Shown: positions 1 through 10,964, counted from the first letter of the stretch. The stretch: 64,000 nt of DNA from an uncultured Erysipelotrichaceae bacterium (GCA_902764545.1 CACWWC010000009.1:5540-69539); one strand, 5' to 3'. The notes: a model not told the origin generated them from the sequence alone. Translations and numbers: made by a program.

Positions 1-106
1 TTCTAATGTATCTTAAGATAAACCTTAATTCTGCTTCTGTAATATTATTCCTATTTTCTCTGATATATTCAACTATTTCATTATAAACGTCAGTATTTGT
101 TTTCAT
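1..106 (-). CDS. hypothetical protein, 5' part only (gene runs off the window edge)
   Basis: Minus-strand ATG at 104-106 preceded by a GGGGAGAT RBS. Translation begins MKTNTDVYNEIVEYIRENRNN. Confidence 0.4.
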   Translation of the reverse strand, partial: MKTNTDVYNEIVEYIRENRNNITEAELRFILRYIR

Positions 107-217
107 ATAATCTCCCCTTTGATAGTTATCATTGTAACATAAAGTCTAATAAATGTTTCATATTTTTATGCATCTATTACTTAGATATATAGAGTATTAT
201 GCAGTTGACAATTCATT

Positions 218-964
218 CTATTCTATTTTCAATCCTCCATCAACTCTAATTGTTTCTCCAACAATATATCTTGACTTTTCTGATGCTAAAAATAGGACGA
301 CATTTGCAATCTCTTCTGGTTCTGCAAAACGTTTTACAAGTATTTTTGACTTTTCTTCCTTCAAATATTCTTTTGGTAAATCATTATTCATTTCTGTGTC
401 TATCCATCCAGGTGCTACGGCGTTAACATTTACATTAGGAGAAAACTCAATGGCTAGGTTTCTTGTTAGATTAATCAAAGCAGCTTTTGATGCATCATAA
501 TCTATGCTATATGTATAGGTTGTATCAATTCCATTTGTCGATGAAATATTTACTATTTTTCCATACTCTTGGTTTTTCATATATTTTCCTGCATACTTTG
601 ATGTTAGAAAAACCCCTATTAGATTTGTGTCTAATGTATCTTTCCAATCTGATACTTCTCTATCTTCAAATTCATTATCAATAGCAATTCCGGCATTATT
701 AATTAGTATGTCAATTCTTCCATACTTTTCTATAATTTGTTCAATCATACTCTTAACTTCATCTTCTTTTGACACATCTGCTTGAATACACATATATTCT
801 TGACCATATGTAGATATTATTTCATAAAGTGCTTCTGCTTCTTTTTTACTACTTTTATAATTAATAATTACATTAGCACCTTCTTTGGCAAAGCTAATGG
901 CAATACTTCTACCTAAACCTCTTGATGAGCCCGTTATCAAGACAACTTTATCTTTAAATTCCAT
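218..964 (-). CDS. SDR-family oxidoreductase, 3-oxoacyl-ACP reductase (FabG)-like
   Basis: ORF track, 248 aa. N-terminal TGSSRGLGRSIA Rossmann motif plus NNAG and catalytic YxxxK signatures of classical SDRs. Confidence 0.8.
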   Translation of the reverse strand: MEFKDKVVLITGSSRGLGRSIAISFAKEGANVIINYKSSKKEAEALYEIISTYGQEYMCIQADVSKEDEVKSMIEQIIEKYGRIDILINNAGIAIDNEFEDREVSDWKDTLDTNLIGVFLTSKYAGKYMKNQEYGKIVNISSTNGIDTTYTYSIDYDASKAALINLTRNLAIEFSPNVNVNAVAPGWIDTEMNNDLPKEYLKEEKSKILVKRFAEPEEIANVVLFLASEKSRYIVGETIRVDGGLKIE

Positions 965-1901
965 CTACTTCACCTTCTTTATTAACTTTCTCTGCATAAT
1001 TATTTAGAAGTATTTCAAAATAGTCATTGTATGTTTTTATTGAATCTAAATTACAATCAACATATCCTAGTGAATATTCATCATTATATGTATCACGATA
1101 AACACAATCTTTATATATTATTATACCGTCATTAAGCTCTTTTAATAATTCTTGTTCATCTAATAATTTGTTTTTATTTATATAAAATATACTGTATGTA
1201 TTTGAAATGTTATTTAACAGTGTTTTAAAAAAGTAGTTATTTTTTAGTTTTTGAAATTCTTCTGTGGTACAAATAAAAATATCTATTAATTTTGCCCCTT
1301 CTTTTAATAACATTATTTTGTTAACTAAATAGTTAATTTCTTTAGAGGAATCATTAAATATTTTCTTTTCATTGTATATATTTATTTCTTTTACTAAATT
1401 GGCTCTGTTTTGTTTATTTTTGCCACTTAACCAATTATATGATTCTGCTATTGAATCAAATTTAAATATCCAATCATTTTCTTTTGTAATACAAGATGTT
1501 GTATCTATACATAATCCATTTGTGTTATCATCATGGTTTATAAAGTCTAAAATTTTTTTATTTAATATAGAATATATTCCTTTTTTGAATAAGAACTCTT
1601 TTTGGGTATCACTATATTCATTTGAATCTTCTATTAGGTTTGTTAATAGATAGTTAATTGTTGCGGATGTTTCTACTTTTCTTTTTTCGTCGCATACAAT
1701 AATTATTGGCACATTTATATCAGATAGCTCTTTTGATATTTCATTATTATCATCAATAAATACAATTTTATTAATACTATCATTGAAGTACTCAAGATTA
1801 TCATGTTCAATATAGTCTATTTTTTCTGTTTTAAACATGTATAAAATTGCTTCAACTAAATGCGTTTTTTTTCTATAAATAAGCATTACTTTGTTATCCA
1901 T
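954..1901 (-). CDS. hypothetical protein (315 aa)
   Basis: Long ORF overlapping the downstream gene by 11 nt. No recognisable motif. Confidence 0.5.
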   Translation of the reverse strand: MDNKVMLIYRKKTHLVEAILYMFKTEKIDYIEHDNLEYFNDSINKIVFIDDNNEISKELSDINVPIIIVCDEKRKVETSATINYLLTNLIEDSNEYSDTQKEFLFKKGIYSILNKKILDFINHDDNTNGLCIDTTSCITKENDWIFKFDSIAESYNWLSGKNKQNRANLVKEINIYNEKKIFNDSSKEINYLVNKIMLLKEGAKLIDIFICTTEEFQKLKNNYFFKTLLNNISNTYSIFYINKNKLLDEQELLKELNDGIIIYKDCVYRDTYNDEYSLGYVDCNLDSIKTYNDYFEILLNNYAEKVNKEGEVDGI

Positions 1902-1980
1902 TTAAATCACCAATTAAATTATATCAAAAATTAAAACTATTTACTACATAGTTATTGGATGTATTATTTATGTTTATTTT

Positions 1981-2555
1981 ATGGTATTATGTAATCAATG
2001 GATGTTGCATATGCCTAATAGAATAACACTTGTAGGGTTAATTAATAATAAACGAATAAAAGATTATGTTAAATGCTTTGGTAATGAGTTGTGTAAAGTT
2101 CCTTTTGGAAAAGTCAATTTTAGTAGAAAAGATGCTGATACACTACCATTTCATTTTACTTTATCAGCTTGGAATATATCTCTTAAACAAGACGTTTTAG
2201 GATTACTTGATAGAATATGCTTTAATTCTTTGAAAATATCAATTAATGATATTAAAATTATGTATGGTAGTGAAAACAGTTATGTTCTTTATTTTTCTAT
2301 CGCGGAAAATAATGATCTTAAAAAGTTACTAGAAGAAATATATAAGATTTTACCTACAAAAAAGTATAATCCTATGTTTTCCAATTTCATATAACTATTC
2401 ACATTGATAAGGATTTAAGTAAAATTGAATATATGAAAAACAAGTTATTAAGAGATTTTATTCCATTTGATATTCAGATAGATGAATATGGTTTATTTGA
2501 AATTTATCCTGCTAAAGAGATTAAAAGATATTCTAATAAGGAGAAAGTAAAATGA
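1981..2555 (+). pseudogene. 2H phosphoesterase (LigT/ThpR-like) split by a frameshift
   Basis: Frame-1 ORF 1981-2394 carries the first HxT motif (PFHFTLSAW). The frame-3 continuation 2370-2555 carries the second (FQFHITIH). The frame-3 ORF ends in an ATGA overlap with the next gene. One extra T in the T4 run at 2377-2380 fuses both into a ~186-aa protein. Confidence 0.55.
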
Positions 2556-3328
2556 AATTATTAAATTTAAATATTTATATGAAAATTGATAATAATGAAA
2601 AAATAATACAATATATAAATGAAAATTCATTTGATATTGTGACCTTTCAAGAATCTATGAGGGCCCTAGATGATAGTGTTTTTCCTATGTATAATAGCAG
2701 TAATATTATAAAGAACAATATCTTATATAAAAATTCTTTTTTTGGTCCACTATATGTTTCAGATAAATTTATAAAAAATGGGATTGTTACAAGAGATTTT
2801 GGAGGTTTTGTTGAACAAGGTAATGAACTAATTACAAATTATAATATTGTTAGTGCAACTAATCATTTTATTCACAACGATTATGGATTGTTTATTAATA
2901 CCGATAACTTTAGAGTTAATGACCATGGTAGAGCATTTACTGATGTCTTGTTGGATTTAGATGGAGAGTTACTACAAATTATAAATATTCATGGTATATG
3001 GAATGAAAATAAGCTTGGAGATTTAAGAACTATTAATCAGATAAACTCCTTATTATTAAAAGTTAGAGATGATATTCCATCTATTGTAGTAGGTGATTTT
3101 AATCTTCTTCCTAATTCTTTAAGTATTTCTATTGTTAATCGCAGAATGAAAAATTTAATTGAAGAGTATAATATTAAAAACACTAGATATGGAACTGAAA
3201 ATATGATTTGTGATTATGTTTTTGTAAATAATAAGATTAAAGTAAATGACTTTAGAGTGGTGGATTCAGATATTTCTGATCATCTTCCTATAATTTTAGA
3301 TTTCGATATAATAAAGAAAAACTATTAA
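2552..3328 (+). CDS. endonuclease/exonuclease/phosphatase (EEP) family protein
   Basis: 258 aa with the IVTFQE, GDFN and SDHLPI motifs typical of the EEP fold. Confidence 0.7.
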   Translation: MKLLNLNIYMKIDNNEKIIQYINENSFDIVTFQESMRALDDSVFPMYNSSNIIKNNILYKNSFFGPLYVSDKFIKNGIVTRDFGGFVEQGNELITNYNIVSATNHFIHNDYGLFINTDNFRVNDHGRAFTDVLLDLDGELLQIINIHGIWNENKLGDLRTINQINSLLLKVRDDIPSIVVGDFNLLPNSLSISIVNRRMKNLIEEYNIKNTRYGTENMICDYVFVNNKIKVNDFRVVDSDISDHLPIILDFDIIKKNY

Positions 3329-3344
3329 CAGTTTGTTAATAGTT

Positions 3345-3998
3345 TTAATCTTGTGGATATTTTTGTTTTAACTCTTGTATCCTTTTTTTGGATAAAACAC
3401 TATTTAGAGCATAATCATCTAGATCAATATTATATATTTTTGATTCTAATAGTGTTTGTCTTTTTCTTTGTAAACACTCTATAAGTGTATCTAAATTAAA
3501 TTTGATAATTTCATATGCTTCTGGATGAGGTGCATGCATTACGCTCTTTATTATTTCATTAACTAATTTATTTTCTTCTTTTGTTCCCCTATCAAATGGA
3601 TGCTTGTCTGTTGTCCTTTCCAACTTAGGATTATACTCTGGAAAGGTTATATTTAGTAGTTTACTAAATGTTATGAATTCTTTATAATTTAATTTTATAT
3701 CAGAATACATTTCACTTAAATATAGATAGTATATCTCTTCTTTTAATTTATCAATTTCTTCTCCATTTGTTTGTTCAAGTATCGATATTGCTTTATAATA
3801 TTCATTTATATAACTCATACCCCAATAAAATAGGCTTTCTTTTCCTTCATAACTCTTTGGAAGTAATGATATATAGTTAGATAATTCGGAATATGTAGAG
3901 TCTTCTATAATTTCTTCTATCTGTTTTATTAAATACTGTCTATAATTTTCAATATTTTTCATAAAAATACTTGAAATAATAACATCCATTTTATACAC
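3345..3998 (-). CDS. hypothetical protein (217 aa), co-operonic with the 937-aa protein
   Basis: ORF track. Lies 17 nt downstream of the 4016-6829 gene on the same strand. Confidence 0.5.
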   Translation of the reverse strand: MYKMDVIISSIFMKNIENYRQYLIKQIEEIIEDSTYSELSNYISLLPKSYEGKESLFYWGMSYINEYYKAISILEQTNGEEIDKLKEEIYYLYLSEMYSDIKLNYKEFITFSKLLNITFPEYNPKLERTTDKHPFDRGTKEENKLVNEIIKSVMHAPHPEAYEIIKFNLDTLIECLQRKRQTLLESKIYNIDLDDYALNSVLSKKRIQELKQKYPQD

Positions 3999-4015
3999 CT
4001 TCTATTTATTAATTA

Positions 4016-6829
4016 TTATTGTTCTTTTATATATTGATAATTATCATCTTCAAACAATTTTCTATATTTGCCATCACTACCCTTATAATATGTATGCATT
4101 TCTTCATCATCTATTTCATACAAGTATTCTAGTATATTATCAAACTCGTTATCATTATAAAGAGTGTGTAGCCAGTCTACAGTTTGAAATAGCTGTTCGT
4201 TATGAGTAAGCTTATCAAAATTACTTCCAGCTCGTGCTTTAGCTATGGCTTTAACAACGTTAGTTGCCCAACTACCACTTCTATGATTAATTGCATATAT
4301 AGCGCCTGGAACTTCTTTAATAATTTGTCTTTTGTGATTTGATTCCAGTTCTTTTTGTTTACCTTGTAATATTAAATAATCCTCATATCTCATTACGTAT
4401 GTTGCATTATTTGTTGCGGTTCCTTTTTTCTTTTTTCTATTTTTAAAAAACCGTTCTGCAATAATTATTGCATCTTTTTTAATGTCATCTCCTAAACACT
4501 TTTCCTGAACTACATAGAAGTTATAGTTATAAAATGGATGTGTTTCGCCAAATTCACTGTATAGAACTTTTTTTGGTCTCCTTGCTTGTAACGCATTTAA
4601 AAAATCAATTCTTGCCTCTGGATCAATTACAGTATCTATATTTTGGTTTGATGGGTTTGATCCGGTTGTATTATTAATAGATTTTAATTCTCTTTTTTCC
4701 TTGATATTAGGTAGGTTTAGATCACTTTTAATGTTTGGAATATCATCATCATCAATAGTTGTAAGACCAATTAAGTTTCTTCCTACTCTTCTTTCTAATT
4801 CTTTAAGGTTCCTATTTCTAATAGTATTATAAGTGCTTTGCTTAATAATTCCATTTCTAAATAATTGTTTAGCTTCTTTTATAAATATATTTCTATTCTC
4901 AAATATTTTAATAATATTTTCATCGGAAATATATCTCTTGTTTATATAATTCATAAGTTCTTCATCGGTTAAAGTTGAACTTAATATACATTTTTCTAAA
5001 TAATTTCTATCAACCTTTTGGTATTTAAATAACTTTTCAATTTCTGTAATATCAATTATATTTTTTGTAAAGAGATTATTAATTACACTCTCTCCACCTA
5101 AATCAGCAACTGTTTCAAGAGAAATCAAACCATTTATGTAGTAAAAATATAAATCTTCTTCATCTTCTATATAATCGATCATATTTTCTTCAGTTTTTCT
5201 ATCAATTTCATTATTCTCACAATTAATAGCTTTATATACTGTTATTAAACTACTCAATTTGTCAGATTCATTAGAAAAATGCTTTGCATCTAAATATAAA
5301 CTGTTTATATTAGATAATGACACTTCATCTAATGTAAGCTCTCTTTTATATTGTTTAAAAAAATCTATTGATAACTTTCCTTGGTTATATAAATTTAAAA
5401 TTTCAGTACTGTTAGTTTTCTTTAACCTATATAATTCAATGATTGCTTCTTCTAATTTAAATATATTGTTAGATTGATATTTTTCTATAGCCTTGTTAAG
5501 TTTATAATTAAGTTTTATTACTACATAAATAAAATTATTTAGACTATAGTTCATTATACTTTCTAATTCTTCATTGGTAAGATATAACATTTCAAAAATA
5601 TTATTTTCAATAAAATCAACATTAATTTTACCTGATAACAATGCGCTTTTTATATAGTTCAGTTCTCTTTTTGATATATATTTTTTATACGACAATCTTT
5701 TTATGAGTTTATCTAAATCCATATTTGTAAATGTATCATTACTATCTTTATCAATAAATTCACATTTGGGATTTTTTAGATGTTTTTTCAATACTGTTAA
5801 TAATTTTAAATATTTATTATATAATTCTTGTTTTTGATCACTATCTGCATTGAGTTCTAATAATTCTTCGCATCTTTTTGCACAAATCAAGATAAATTTA
5901 TCAAAATCTAAATAATATGAAAAGTAATATATTTGATCTGTTAGCTCTTCTATAAAAGATGATATAGGTATGCTTTTATCAATACTTAAGAGAATATCTA
6001 GGTAATCTAAATCTTTTAGTCCTGTTTTTTTTGCATCATAATTTCTAAGGCTTATATTTTTTTTGCCTCTTTCTCCTAATCTTAGTCTATCTTGAATACA
6101 AATTATAATATGTTTTCCAATTTCTTCATTTAAAAATGATTCACAGATATCATCATATGATAACAATGTTATTAGCTCATTAAGTCCTTGAAAGTCATCT
6201 AGTGCATTACCAATTTCTATTAAAGAATCTTTATTTTTCTTCCAAGGTATTTTTTTATTCCTAAAAAGAACATTTGAATCTGCAAATTCTATTTCTCCTG
6301 TCTTTATGTAGATATTAGTATCTGGGATTATTCCTTGTATGTTTTTTCCGACTTTTACTAGTGAATCAAGTAATTTCCCATCAACAGCTTCACTTTGTTT
6401 GGCGTTTTTCATAACATCAAGTGTCTCATTAATGTTAGCTTGATTATTTTTAATTAATTCCTTTGTAATATCATATATTTTCTGATTCCCTTTTTTTGCT
6501 GTTGCACATAGTTTGGCAGCTGATAAAAGATATCTATTTGGGCTTATTTTGTCAGAATTATCAATTGCAAATTGCAATTCAGCTTTTGTTAAATCACTTA
6601 ATTCACCACTATTTTGTATGGCATGTGTATATTCTCTAATTAACTCTATATTATTACTACAAATATCAATGATATTATAAGCGGTCATTGTTGGACAGAC
6701 AATATACTGATAAAAGCTATCTAGGTCTATTTTTTTTGTTTTTTGTTTTTTGTCTAAAGTAATAAATTCTACTGCAACACTAGTTAATGTATTAATAATA
6801 TCCTTCTTTTTATCCTTTTCTTTTTCCAA
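4016..6829 (-). CDS. large hypothetical protein (937 aa)
   Basis: Uninterrupted 2.8-kb ORF with no recognisable catalytic motif. The C-terminal ~200 aa (…INHRSGSWATNVVKAIAKARAGSNF…) looks like a separate domain. Confidence 0.55.
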   Translation of the reverse strand: MEKEKDKKKDIINTLTSVAVEFITLDKKQKTKKIDLDSFYQYIVCPTMTAYNIIDICSNNIELIREYTHAIQNSGELSDLTKAELQFAIDNSDKISPNRYLLSAAKLCATAKKGNQKIYDITKELIKNNQANINETLDVMKNAKQSEAVDGKLLDSLVKVGKNIQGIIPDTNIYIKTGEIEFADSNVLFRNKKIPWKKNKDSLIEIGNALDDFQGLNELITLLSYDDICESFLNEEIGKHIIICIQDRLRLGERGKKNISLRNYDAKKTGLKDLDYLDILLSIDKSIPISSFIEELTDQIYYFSYYLDFDKFILICAKRCEELLELNADSDQKQELYNKYLKLLTVLKKHLKNPKCEFIDKDSNDTFTNMDLDKLIKRLSYKKYISKRELNYIKSALLSGKINVDFIENNIFEMLYLTNEELESIMNYSLNNFIYVVIKLNYKLNKAIEKYQSNNIFKLEEAIIELYRLKKTNSTEILNLYNQGKLSIDFFKQYKRELTLDEVSLSNINSLYLDAKHFSNESDKLSSLITVYKAINCENNEIDRKTEENMIDYIEDEEDLYFYYINGLISLETVADLGGESVINNLFTKNIIDITEIEKLFKYQKVDRNYLEKCILSSTLTDEELMNYINKRYISDENIIKIFENRNIFIKEAKQLFRNGIIKQSTYNTIRNRNLKELERRVGRNLIGLTTIDDDDIPNIKSDLNLPNIKEKRELKSINNTTGSNPSNQNIDTVIDPEARIDFLNALQARRPKKVLYSEFGETHPFYNYNFYVVQEKCLGDDIKKDAIIIAERFFKNRKKKKGTATNNATYVMRYEDYLILQGKQKELESNHKRQIIKEVPGAIYAINHRSGSWATNVVKAIAKARAGSNFDKLTHNEQLFQTVDWLHTLYNDNEFDNILEYLYEIDDEEMHTYYKGSDGKYRKLFEDDNYQYIKEQ

Positions 6830-6936
6830 TGCATCTCACCCCTGTAAAACATGTGTTGTATTATAACATATTTTTCTTATAATTTAAAGTATTAATAAAA
6901 TATTTTTTGTGAAAAAAAATGCAATAATTGCATTTT

Positions 6937-9900
6937 CTATTCACTTCTTAGAGCTAATACTGGATCTTGTTTGGCAGCCTTTCTAGATGGAATTAAACCT
7001 CCCACTAGTGTGAGAACTGTACTTAGTATTATTAAAGTTATACTTGCTTCTAATGGTAATACTGCTGTTATGTCTTTATTATTTGTCAGTGTATGAATAA
7101 TAGTATTTATAGGTATTATCATTAATAGTGATACTCCCACTCCTATTATTCCGGATAGAAATCCTATAATAAATGTTTCAGCATTAAATATACTTGAAAT
7201 ATTTCTTTTTGATGCACCTATCGCTCTTAATATTCCTATCTCTTTTGTTCTTTCTAGTACAGATATATATGTTATTATTCCAATCATAATTGATGATACA
7301 ATTAATGAAATTGATACAAATGCTATCAATACATAACTGACACTATCAACAATTATTTTTACTGATGATATCATTACTCCCGCAAAATCAGTATATTCTA
7401 TTACTTTTGTTTTATCTTTCTTTTTCATTTTTTTATTGAACGATTCTAAAAAATCAATGAACTTTTCTTTAGAGGAAAAATCTTTAAAATAGAATGATAT
7501 TGATGATGGTTCTTCTAAATTTTGATATCCAAGTGAAATTAGATTGCTATTTGCATCTGTAATTGTAGTGTTTGTCATTGCTCCAAAAATTCTTTTTATA
7601 TCATCTTCTGTTAAATTAAATTTAAATGCATTAGCTATTTTACTTTGATCAACATTAAATGCTGTTGACATAGTCTCCATTAATCTAGTCGTCAATTCCC
7701 CTACTTTTGTCAAAACAGTTTTTTTCATTGTCGCTTCTACCATTTGTTTTGCAAACTCATCTGCTGATGTTGTTATGCCACTTGTATTTAATAATGTATC
7801 TACCATGGTATCTACTGCATCTTTGGCAATTACACTTGATGAATCACCACTTATATTAATATATGTCTTTAAAAATGCATTTATTATTTCTCCAAATGTT
7901 GATTTATAAACCTCTTTTGGAATAATATATTTATTTTCTAATTCTTGTAGTTTATTATTAACATTTTCGGTATTTAGGTAATTATTTGTAATAGATTCTA
8001 CATCATTAATATTTATAGTTGCGACCCCGGGCATGCCAGCATTTTGGTGTGTCTCGATATAATCATTAAGTAATCCTTTAGTTATATCACTAAATGTCGT
8101 AAGAAATAGTGTTTTGGCATCGTTTGTATCAGTCGTTATTGCCGAATTTATTTCCGCCATATATCCTTCTGTTGTTTCACTTATATATGTTTCATCAATA
8201 TTTACGTTAAATGCACTTGATAACATATCAGTATCTATGCTGATTAATTCTTCAAAATTCATCCCTGCTGATTCACTTTTATCGTCGAACCTTTTTCCAC
8301 TAAATACATTTATTTCTTTATCTTCTAATTGTTTTTTTACTATGTCTTTATTTGTTGCTTCTTTTATTATGTGTTCAGTTAATTTTGATGTATATCCAAC
8401 ACCTGACATTAAGGATGACATTCCATTAGAATCTTTCATCTTAACAATGCCTACAATTTTTAATCTTTCAGAGTTATCATATAGTTGATTCATATATTCT
8501 TTATCTTTTGACATATCTTCATACAAGTTATACTTATCATTGTATTTATATTTATCGGTTTGATTTATTAGTTTTAATTCAACATTTAAAAGTTCTTTGT
8601 AAGATATCTCTTTTTCATCTTTAGTAGACTCTATTTTTTCTCCGGCCATTATTTTTGAAATCATACTATTTACATTAGAAGAATCTTTAAGTCCAAGTGA
8701 ATAAAGTAATATATCAGATATGTGATTTTCATCTGGAAGAACTATGATTACTTCATCATATTTTTTTGGAAATCTTCCTGCAATTATTGAATAGTCCTTT
8801 TTCATCATACTCTCATCTGAAGATAATTCTTGAAATACATTCATATTCATTCCTGAAGATGCAGACATACCTCCCATAAGTCCTGAAAATAGGTCACTGG
8901 GATTTAGTTGGGTTAACTCGTTATTTATATTTTTTGTATAGATATTTGGAATTACCTCATATGAATAATTAATATTCGTAGTAAGTTTATTTACTTTTTT
9001 ATTTTCTTTTTCAATGTATGTTTTAAAATATTTCATATCATTTGTTCCAACTGATGACAACATATTTTCAAGATTTTTTGATTCTTTTACTGTTTTCTTG
9101 TCTTTTTTGTTTTTTTCTTTGTCATTTGACATTGTGGATAAAAGAATCTTTGTTATATCTGTTGTGTTTTTTTCTATTGTTAATGGATATGATGTTAATG
9201 TATCTTGTTGAACTTTATCAATGTATTTTTGAAATCCATTTGATAGTGATAAGATTAGGGCTATTCCAATTATTCCAATGGAACCTGCAAATGCAGTTAA
9301 TAATGTTCTTCCCTTTTTTGTTAACAGATTATTTAAACTTAGTGAAAAAGCAGTTAGTAGTGACATTGACGCTTTACCTAAATTTTTATACTTTTGCACT
9401 TTTATTTTTTCTGTTATTTCAAAAGGATTAGAATCATCAATTATTTTTCCATCTTTTAATTTTACAATTCTATTTGAATACTCTTCTGCGAGTTCTGGAT
9501 TATGTGTTACCATTACAACCAATTTATCTTTAGCAATCTTTTTCAATAAATTCATAACTTGAATACTAGTTTCGGAGTCAAGGGCTCCAGTTGGCTCGTC
9601 GGCAAGCAGAATGTCTGGATTATTAACAAGTGCACGCGCAACAGCTACTCTTTGCATTTGTCCACCGCTCATCTGATTTGGCTTTTTATGAGCCTGTTCT
9701 TTTAAACCTACTTCCTTCAATGCTTTAAGCGCCCTTTTCTTTCTTTCTTTTCTAGAAATGCCACTTATTGTTAAGGCAAGTTCAACATTTGATAAAATGG
9801 TTTGATGTGGAATCAAATTATAACTTTGAAAAACAAATCCTATTGTATGATTTCGATAAGAATCCCAATCTCTACTTTTATACTTTTTTGTGGAAATATT

Positions 9901-10095
9901 ATTAATTATTAAATCTCCACTGTCATATCGATCTAGTCCCCCAATGATGTTTAATAAAGTTGTTTTTCCACTTCCTGATGGTCCTAAAATAGAAACAAAT
10001 TCATTATCTCTAAAATTTAGGCTTACCTTATTTAGAGCAGTTTGTTTTAAGTCACCAGTTTTATATACTTTAGATATATTCTTAATCTCTAACAT
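6937..10095 (-). CDS. ABC transporter, fused ATP-binding/permease protein (MacB/FtsX-like) with a large extracytoplasmic domain
   Basis: N-terminal Walker A GPSGSGKTT, LSGGQ signature and Walker B LLADEPTGALD. The C-terminus is a FtsX-type 4-TM permease. About 600 aa of Asn/Thr-rich extracellular domain lies in between. Confidence 0.8.
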   Translation of the reverse strand: MLEIKNISKVYKTGDLKQTALNKVSLNFRDNEFVSILGPSGSGKTTLLNIIGGLDRYDSGDLIINNISTKKYKSRDWDSYRNHTIGFVFQSYNLIPHQTILSNVELALTISGISRKERKKRALKALKEVGLKEQAHKKPNQMSGGQMQRVAVARALVNNPDILLADEPTGALDSETSIQVMNLLKKIAKDKLVVMVTHNPELAEEYSNRIVKLKDGKIIDDSNPFEITEKIKVQKYKNLGKASMSLLTAFSLSLNNLLTKKGRTLLTAFAGSIGIIGIALILSLSNGFQKYIDKVQQDTLTSYPLTIEKNTTDITKILLSTMSNDKEKNKKDKKTVKESKNLENMLSSVGTNDMKYFKTYIEKENKKVNKLTTNINYSYEVIPNIYTKNINNELTQLNPSDLFSGLMGGMSASSGMNMNVFQELSSDESMMKKDYSIIAGRFPKKYDEVIIVLPDENHISDILLYSLGLKDSSNVNSMISKIMAGEKIESTKDEKEISYKELLNVELKLINQTDKYKYNDKYNLYEDMSKDKEYMNQLYDNSERLKIVGIVKMKDSNGMSSLMSGVGYTSKLTEHIIKEATNKDIVKKQLEDKEINVFSGKRFDDKSESAGMNFEELISIDTDMLSSAFNVNIDETYISETTEGYMAEINSAITTDTNDAKTLFLTTFSDITKGLLNDYIETHQNAGMPGVATININDVESITNNYLNTENVNNKLQELENKYIIPKEVYKSTFGEIINAFLKTYINISGDSSSVIAKDAVDTMVDTLLNTSGITTSADEFAKQMVEATMKKTVLTKVGELTTRLMETMSTAFNVDQSKIANAFKFNLTEDDIKRIFGAMTNTTITDANSNLISLGYQNLEEPSSISFYFKDFSSKEKFIDFLESFNKKMKKKDKTKVIEYTDFAGVMISSVKIIVDSVSYVLIAFVSISLIVSSIMIGIITYISVLERTKEIGILRAIGASKRNISSIFNAETFIIGFLSGIIGVGVSLLMIIPINTIIHTLTNNKDITAVLPLEASITLIILSTVLTLVGGLIPSRKAAKQDPVLALRSE

Positions 10096-10179
10096 AGTAT
10101 CAGCTACTTTCTCTTTTTTCTATTATATTATAATCTTTTTATAAAAAAAATACTACAAAAAAAGAACTATTGTTCTTTT

Positions 10180-10950
10180 CTACTTTTTTATCAAATAAAT
10201 TCCTTTTTCACCTGTTTCAACTGAAAAATCAACTTTCTTTTCTTGAGTAATAAATTCCGGAATAATAATATTATAATCTTTATTATTAGAATTATTAATA
10301 TAATGAACCTGATATTCATTAAAATAATCTGGTAATAAATCCATATTTAGACTTTCTTGTATCATTTCGCTATTAAGCTGAATGCCTTTTGTCGATTTAA
10401 GAGTCGCAGTATGATTCATTGGATAATATTCAAAACTAGTTAAATAGCGTTGTCCATTTTGTTCAATTACTCTTTTTATATTAATGTGGTCAGTAAATAA
10501 ATCTAGACCGTCATCTGGTTTCGATGAGTAAAATATCTTTCTTCTTAAAAATTCAGATGAAAACTCATCCTGTAAAACTTCATCAGCAATTTTTGAAAAT
10601 TTGCCTTGTTTTTTAGAAGGTATAAAAATATCATATTCATCGTTTTTAATATAACACCTACCATTATTATCTCTTACAATCACCCCTATTTCATTTCCCC
10701 ATACATACATATTGAAATGAACTTTTAGCTTTTTTATTCGTCCCTTTAAATTTTTATCATTCCAGGTGACTACACAATGTAATTCAGGTTTTTTTACTTC
10801 TATATCATTACTTATATTATATCTAATGCTTTTAACATTCTCATCCTGTTATATACAAGTTAAGCCCTTTAACAATTGTAATTTTGTTTCTAATTCTTCT
10901 AATTTATCTTTTGTGGAAAGTAGAATTTGTTTCGCTGTATATTTTTCCAT
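10180..10950 (-). pseudogene. paralog of the downstream 257-aa protein, carrying an in-frame TAA (minus-strand codon at 10849-10851)
   Basis: Reading frame is continuous from ATG 10948-10950 to stop 10180. N-terminal part MEKYTAKQILLSTKDKLEELETKLQLLKGLTCI*QDENVKSIRY aligns residue by residue with paralog 10965-11738 (…LSSLTQIEENKNVKSIKY). The stop replaces a Glu codon (GAA->TAA). Confidence 0.6.
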
Positions 10951-10964
10951 ATAAATCCTCCAAA

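Noticed and set aside
8114-9562. Several 60-130-aa plus-strand ORFs inside the ABC transporter gene (also 13246-13528, 15765-15989, 20473-21207, 24142-24941, 50295-51183 and others)
   Set aside because: They are antisense or embedded within long, well-supported genes, with low-complexity translations typical of AT-rich shadow ORFs.
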